From Macrostomum hystrix (taxonomy: Eukaryota; Animalia; Platyhelminthes), in the NCBI GenBank assembly GCA_950097015.1, contig CATNEN010000003.1, positions 12,710,001-12,774,000 on the forward strand: a DNA stretch of 64,000 bases. The letters are read 5' to 3'. The notes beneath the pieces are model-generated. The model did no database searches. It saw only the letters and a program-made list of their open reading frames with translations, and was not told where the DNA came from. How positions within the stretch are numbered: position 1 is the stretch's first letter; each line of letters opens with the position of its first letter. A program made the position numbers and the translations under genes. Shown in pieces: positions 59,330 to 64,000 of the stretch.

Positions 59330-60432
59330 CAATCTCTCCCTATCTCTCACCCAGTCTCACCCAATCTCTCCTATTCTCTCGCCAAATCTCTCCTATTCTC
59401 TCGCCAAATCTCTCCCAATCTCTCCAATTCTCTCGCCAAATCTCTCCCATTCTCTCACCCAATCTCTCCCATTCTCTCACCCAATCTCTCCCATTCTCTC
59501 ACCCAATCTCTCCCATTCTCTCACCCAATCTCTCCCATTCTCTCACCCAATCTCTCCCATTCTCTCACCCAATCTCTCCCATTCTCTCACCCAATCTCTC
59601 CCATTCTCTCACCCAATCTCTCCCATTCTCTCACCCAATCTCTCCCATTCTCTCACCCAATCTCTCCCATTCTCTCACCCAATCTCTCCCATTCTCTCAC
59701 CCAATCTCTCCCATTCTCTCACCCAATCTCTCCCATTCTCTCACCCAATCTCTCCCAATCTCTAACCCAATCTCTCCCATTCTATCGCCAAATCTCTCCT
59801 ATTCTCTCACCCAATCTCTCCCATTCTATCGCCAAATCTCTCCCATTCTCTAACCCAATCTCTCCAATTCTCTCGCCAAATCTCTCCAAATCTCTCCCAT
59901 TCTCTCGCCAAATCTCTCCCAATCTCTCCAATTCTCTCGCCAAATCTCTCCCATTCTCTCACCCAATCTCTCCCATTCTCTCACCCAATCTCTCCCATTC
60001 TCTCACCCAATCTCTCCCATTCTCTCACCCAATCTCTCCCATTCTCTCACCCAATCTCTCCCATTCTCTCACCCAATCTCTCCCATTCTCTCACCCAATC
60101 TCTCCCAATCTCTAACCCAATCTCTCCCATTCTCTCACCCAATCTCTCCCATTCTATCGCCAAATCTCTCCCATTCTCTCACCCAATCTCTCCCATTCTA
60201 TCGCCAAATCTCTCCCATTCTCTAACCCAATCTCTCCCATTCTATCGCCAAATATCTCCCAATCTCTCCAATTCTCTCGCCAAATCTCTCCCAATCTCTC
60301 CCATTCTCTCGCCAAATCTCTCCCAATCTCTCCAATTCTCTCGCCAAATCTCTCCCATTCTCTCACCCAATCTCTCCCAATCTCTCACCCAATCTCTCCC
60401 AATCTCTCACCCAATCTCTCCCAATCTCTCAC
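59330..60432. repeat. 22-bp pyrimidine-rich minisatellite (ctctcacccaatctctcccatt)n
   Basis: Read directly. Confidence 0.95.
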
Positions 60433-61222
60433 ATTAAAAAGGCCTATAATAGCTAGCTGGATGAAGCCATGTTAAACATCGTGTTTACTAAATCAATTTC
60501 GTGTCTCTTCTTGGCGCCAAGGCAGACAGACAGTAGGTATAGCAGATCAATAGGGGTAACAGTATAGCATAGATGTTCGGAGTGAGCGAATAGTGAGTCA
60601 CGCGGAGGTTGGGGTGGGTGTCTCGGCGACCCGCGCATGGCCCCAGTCTGTTCTGTCCCCCCAACCCCACCCTCCGCAGTCACATTCCTGCCTCGCCCAA
60701 TCCATGCAGAGGAGTTCAGCGGAATGGGAGAGCGACAGAAATGGACGGCCAGACAGTCTGCTCTGGGTGTTTTATTTTATAGCCGCAATTCAACGACAGA
60801 AAAAATACAGCAATAGCAAAAGCAACAATAGCCTGTACACTCGCTTCAAGAATCAAGAAGTAGAGCGACTGTGTGAGGAAATATAATTAGCAACAACACA
60901 GCAGTGGAAGAGAAGCTAAAGAATCCCACACACCACGTGATCCTTAGAAGGATTACGCACAAAAAATACTTAAAACGCCCAGCAAGAGTTTCGCCTACAA
61001 GAATTTATTCAAGTGTTATTTATTTCCCGGAACTCACAGTTAAAGAGGAAATAGAAGCGGAGCAACATCCTTCCTTTATTTTGCTTCGATTTCGTTAGGC
61101 GTTCAATGCCGGTGCATTAGGAAAAATATCTCTTCCCAACTTTGAAACATTGAAAATCCCAAAACAATATTTAGACCTGATCTAATTTTTCGGCCTTGCT
61201 AATAGTAAGAACAAGCGTAATC

Positions 61223-61739
61223 ATGGACTCATTGGAATCAACTGACGACCCGTCAGAGCGGCCGCGGCCGTCTTCCACTGTCTATGGCCTAACCCGGCCG
61301 ATCGCGACCTACTCCCCGATGGGTGCGGCTGACAGCGGCTACCAGACCGACTCGCCCAGGCCAGCGACTGCCTCGATTGGTTCCGGCAGTTTCACACCGC
61401 CTCCGGGTATGTTTCGTCCGGTTAGTCCTGCCGAGGCTGATTCAATCATTCAGCTCAGGCATCATGTGTCTACTCAAACTTCCCGTCACGGCGATGAGCC
61501 GCAGCCGCTGCCGCCGCCGCCGTCTTCGCCTCCACCACCGCTACTATCGAGTCAGCAGTCTACGGGATTCCGACCGTCTTCTGCTCCCGCCTTCGACGTC
61601 GCATCGTCCCTAGGCGTCGGAGCCTTCGGTTTTGGCGGCGTTGTCGGCGCCGAAGCCGGAGCTGGAGCTGGCAGCCGTGGCGACAACTCGGAGGCAGAGC
61701 TGGAGCCAGATTTTGATGAGGAAGTTTACATGACCTCAG
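61223..61739 (+). CDS. First coding exon of an unidentified disordered Pro/Ser-rich protein with DSGYQT and STQT motifs; no further exon recognised in the window
   Basis: GC-rich coding-like ORF from ATG 61223 to the donor TCAG|GTGAGT at 61740; the ORF tail past this point runs into a SINE. Confidence 0.7.
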
Positions 61740-61844
61740 GTGAGTGTGAGATTGCTAACATGGTGACCTGCCGATGTTCCCATTCCCATTCTGGCACAGC
61801 AAACTATTGCTCAATGGTTCGGGGGTCAGTTCATTTGGGCTCGT

Positions 61845-62092
61845 GGCTTGTCGTGCAATTTACGCCCTTGAGGGCCAACCTCCAAGGCGCAGTGAAGTGT
61901 ACACTGCCTGACGACGAAAAAGTCTGGGCAGATGTACACACCTTTGTGAGTGTGTGCCTGCGTACAGTATCTGTGTGCGTGTGTGCTCAGGAGTCAGCGA
62001 AATTAGCAGAATTGCCTCCTCGCTGGCTGCGGGTCTAGTGTCACCAAATGATGTGCTAGTGCCCACGAATCATTATACGAGTATTATTATTG
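61845..62092 (+). mobile_element. SINE family A, 5'-truncated copy with (ATT)n tail
   Basis: gtgcaatttacgcccttgagggccaacctccaagg..gtgtgctcaggagtcagcg..gtcaccaaatgatgtgc..tattattatt. Confidence 0.8.
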
Positions 62093-62834
62093 TTGCTCAA
62101 CGGTTTCATTGCTCAATGGAGCTCTCGACCACTGGGTCTAAAAGCCGAATTAGACTATTAGATTTAGTAAACACAGTAAAGTAATCCATTAGCTTCCAGT
62201 TGCCATGGTGATAAGGTGTTTAGACGCCGAGAAAAGGGAGTGTATAGCTATGTTTTCATGGCCTTGAAGCTGTAATTTTCCCTAGCGCATCTGCGTACCA
62301 CGTGATTGTGTATCCGCCTGTAGTAGCATTTCAGTTCTGCCCCACATGCAGTCAGTCTTGGCTAATTTTATCACTCACGTCATTTTCAGCACTTCGCTAA
62401 TGGTCGGAAGGCGGAGAGAGGAGCAGACAGGCTATGGGGTCTAGTCTGGGTCATATTTTTTGCGAAGATTGTGTAGTAAGAATGAGAGTTTCATTCCAAA
62501 AGGCGAGAGGGGGTAGGGTTAGGGATTCAGACAGAGAGAGACGGGTTGAGTTGAGTGGTGAGCAAAGAAGGCGCTGTGTTATGTGCCTGACCTGACGTCA
62601 CTTTGGTTGGCTAGAAAGAAGCCTTTGGGAAACCCCTCTTTGGCCGCGCGAATGGGGTAGTGGGTGTTCTAAAAATAGATCACGGTCATGTTCCAAGGCC
62701 ACAGAGAGGAAGCAAATTGTCAATACTTATAATATTAGCATGCGAATACTTTTTAAAAATATTTTATGCACTTTCTAATTAGTTAATAATTTGCAACTAA
62801 TGATATTTTATACAGTTGACAAAAACTGGTTGTT

Positions 62835-63735
62835 AAGAAGAAGACACGGAGAAGTGGGAGAGAAGACACAGAGGAGGGAGAAGAAACAGAATTGGGAGAA
62901 AACAAAGAGGAGGGGAGAAGACACGGAGAGGATTTGAGAAGACATGAAGAGGAGGGGAGAAGACACGGAGAGGATTTGAGAAGACATGGAGAGGAGGTGA
63001 GAAGACACGGAGAGGAGGGAGAGAAGGCACGGAGAGTGGAGGAGAAGACACGGAGAGTGGAGGAGAAGACACGGAGAGTGGAGGAGAAGACACGGAGAGT
63101 GGAGGAGAAGACATGGAGAGGAGGGAGAGAAGACATGGAGAGTGGAGGAGAAGATACGGAGAGGAGGGAGAGAAGACATGGAGAGTGGGGGAGAAGACAC
63201 GGAGAGTGGAGGAGAAGACATGGAGAGGAGGGAGAAGACACGGAGAGGAGGGAGAGAAGACATGGAGAGTGGAGGAGAAGATACGGAGGGTAGAGAGAGA
63301 AGACATGGAGAAGAGGGGAGAAGAGGAGAGAAGATACGGAGAAGAGGGTAGAAGACAGGGAGAGGAGGGAGAGAAGACACGGAGGGGAGGGGGAGAAGAC
63401 ATGGAGAAGAGAGGAGAAGAGGAGAGAAGATACGGAGAAGAGGGGAGAAGACAGGGAGAGGAGGGAGAGAAGACACGGAGGGGAGGGGGAGAAGACACGG
63501 AGAGAGGGGGAGAAGACACGGAGGGGAGGGGGAGAAGACACGGAGAGAGGGGGAGAAGACACGGAGAGGAGGGGAGAAGACACGGAGGGGAGGGGAGAAG
63601 ACACGGAGAGAGGGGGAGAAGACACGGAGAGGAGGGGGAGAAGACACGGAGGGGAGGGGGAGAAGACACGGAGAGAGGGGAGAAGACACGGAGAGAGGGG
63701 GAGAAGACACGGAGAGGAGGGGGAGAAGACACGAA
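62835..63735. repeat. Purine-rich ~21-24-bp minisatellite (ggagaagacacggagag..)n
   Basis: Read directly. Confidence 0.95.
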
Positions 63736-64000
63736 AAGTTGAATAGAAAATTCCCAAAGGGCTTTTTAATTAGCAAATGAGATGAGCAAAGTAAAACAAA
63801 GAAAACTGAATTGTGCCCATTATGCCTAGAAAGTGCGTGGGTGCTAAAAAAAACAAAAAATTAGAACAAGCATCTCAGAGCCCTCTAGCGTTCTCAACTC
63901 ATGTTCAGATATTCAGAAAGTCAGATAAGCGAAATTAGTCACGTGTTTATCAACTGAAAATGTCGGAACACAATTATTGCCCTGATATGTAGTGGTGTGT

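Noticed and set aside
61740-62038. C-terminal part of the 280-aa ORF
   Set aside because: Lies after a consensus donor and consists largely of SINE family A sequence.
59216-63776. Long Ser/Pro/Leu and Glu/Arg/Gly ORFs at 59216-60115 and 62783-63776
   Set aside because: Minisatellite translations.

Overview
Eukaryotic (metazoan) genomic DNA with GT-AG introns, poly-Q/poly-A tracts and very dense minisatellites. The gene content and repeat landscape fit a lophotrochozoan, most likely a free-living flatworm such as Macrostomum (inference). Reconstructable spliced genes: TTLL10-like tubulin polyglycylase (-), TMEM231 (+), a p130Cas/BCAR1-family adaptor (-), a two-repeat beta-thymosin (+), a minimal MRNIP (+), a lophotrochozoan-type glutamate-gated chloride channel (+), FAM78 (-), an astacin metalloprotease (-), and the first exon of an unknown low-complexity protein carrying DSGYQT and STQT motifs (+). 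Most long ORFs in the ORF track are artefacts of tandem repeats. Mobile DNA: two tRNA-derived SINE families, hAT MITEs with internally expanding 16-bp satellites, an inverted-repeat element holding a 51-bp array, and a decayed hAT transposase. Best leads: a Bim/Bmf-like motif pair in the last gene; transposon-seeded satellites; an intronic array of about 64 AG|GT junctions; an inverted gene pair that differs only at synonymous sites; a thymosin gene possibly nested in a Cas intron; and BCAR1-TMEM231 linkage. No single new system can be proven from sequence alone.
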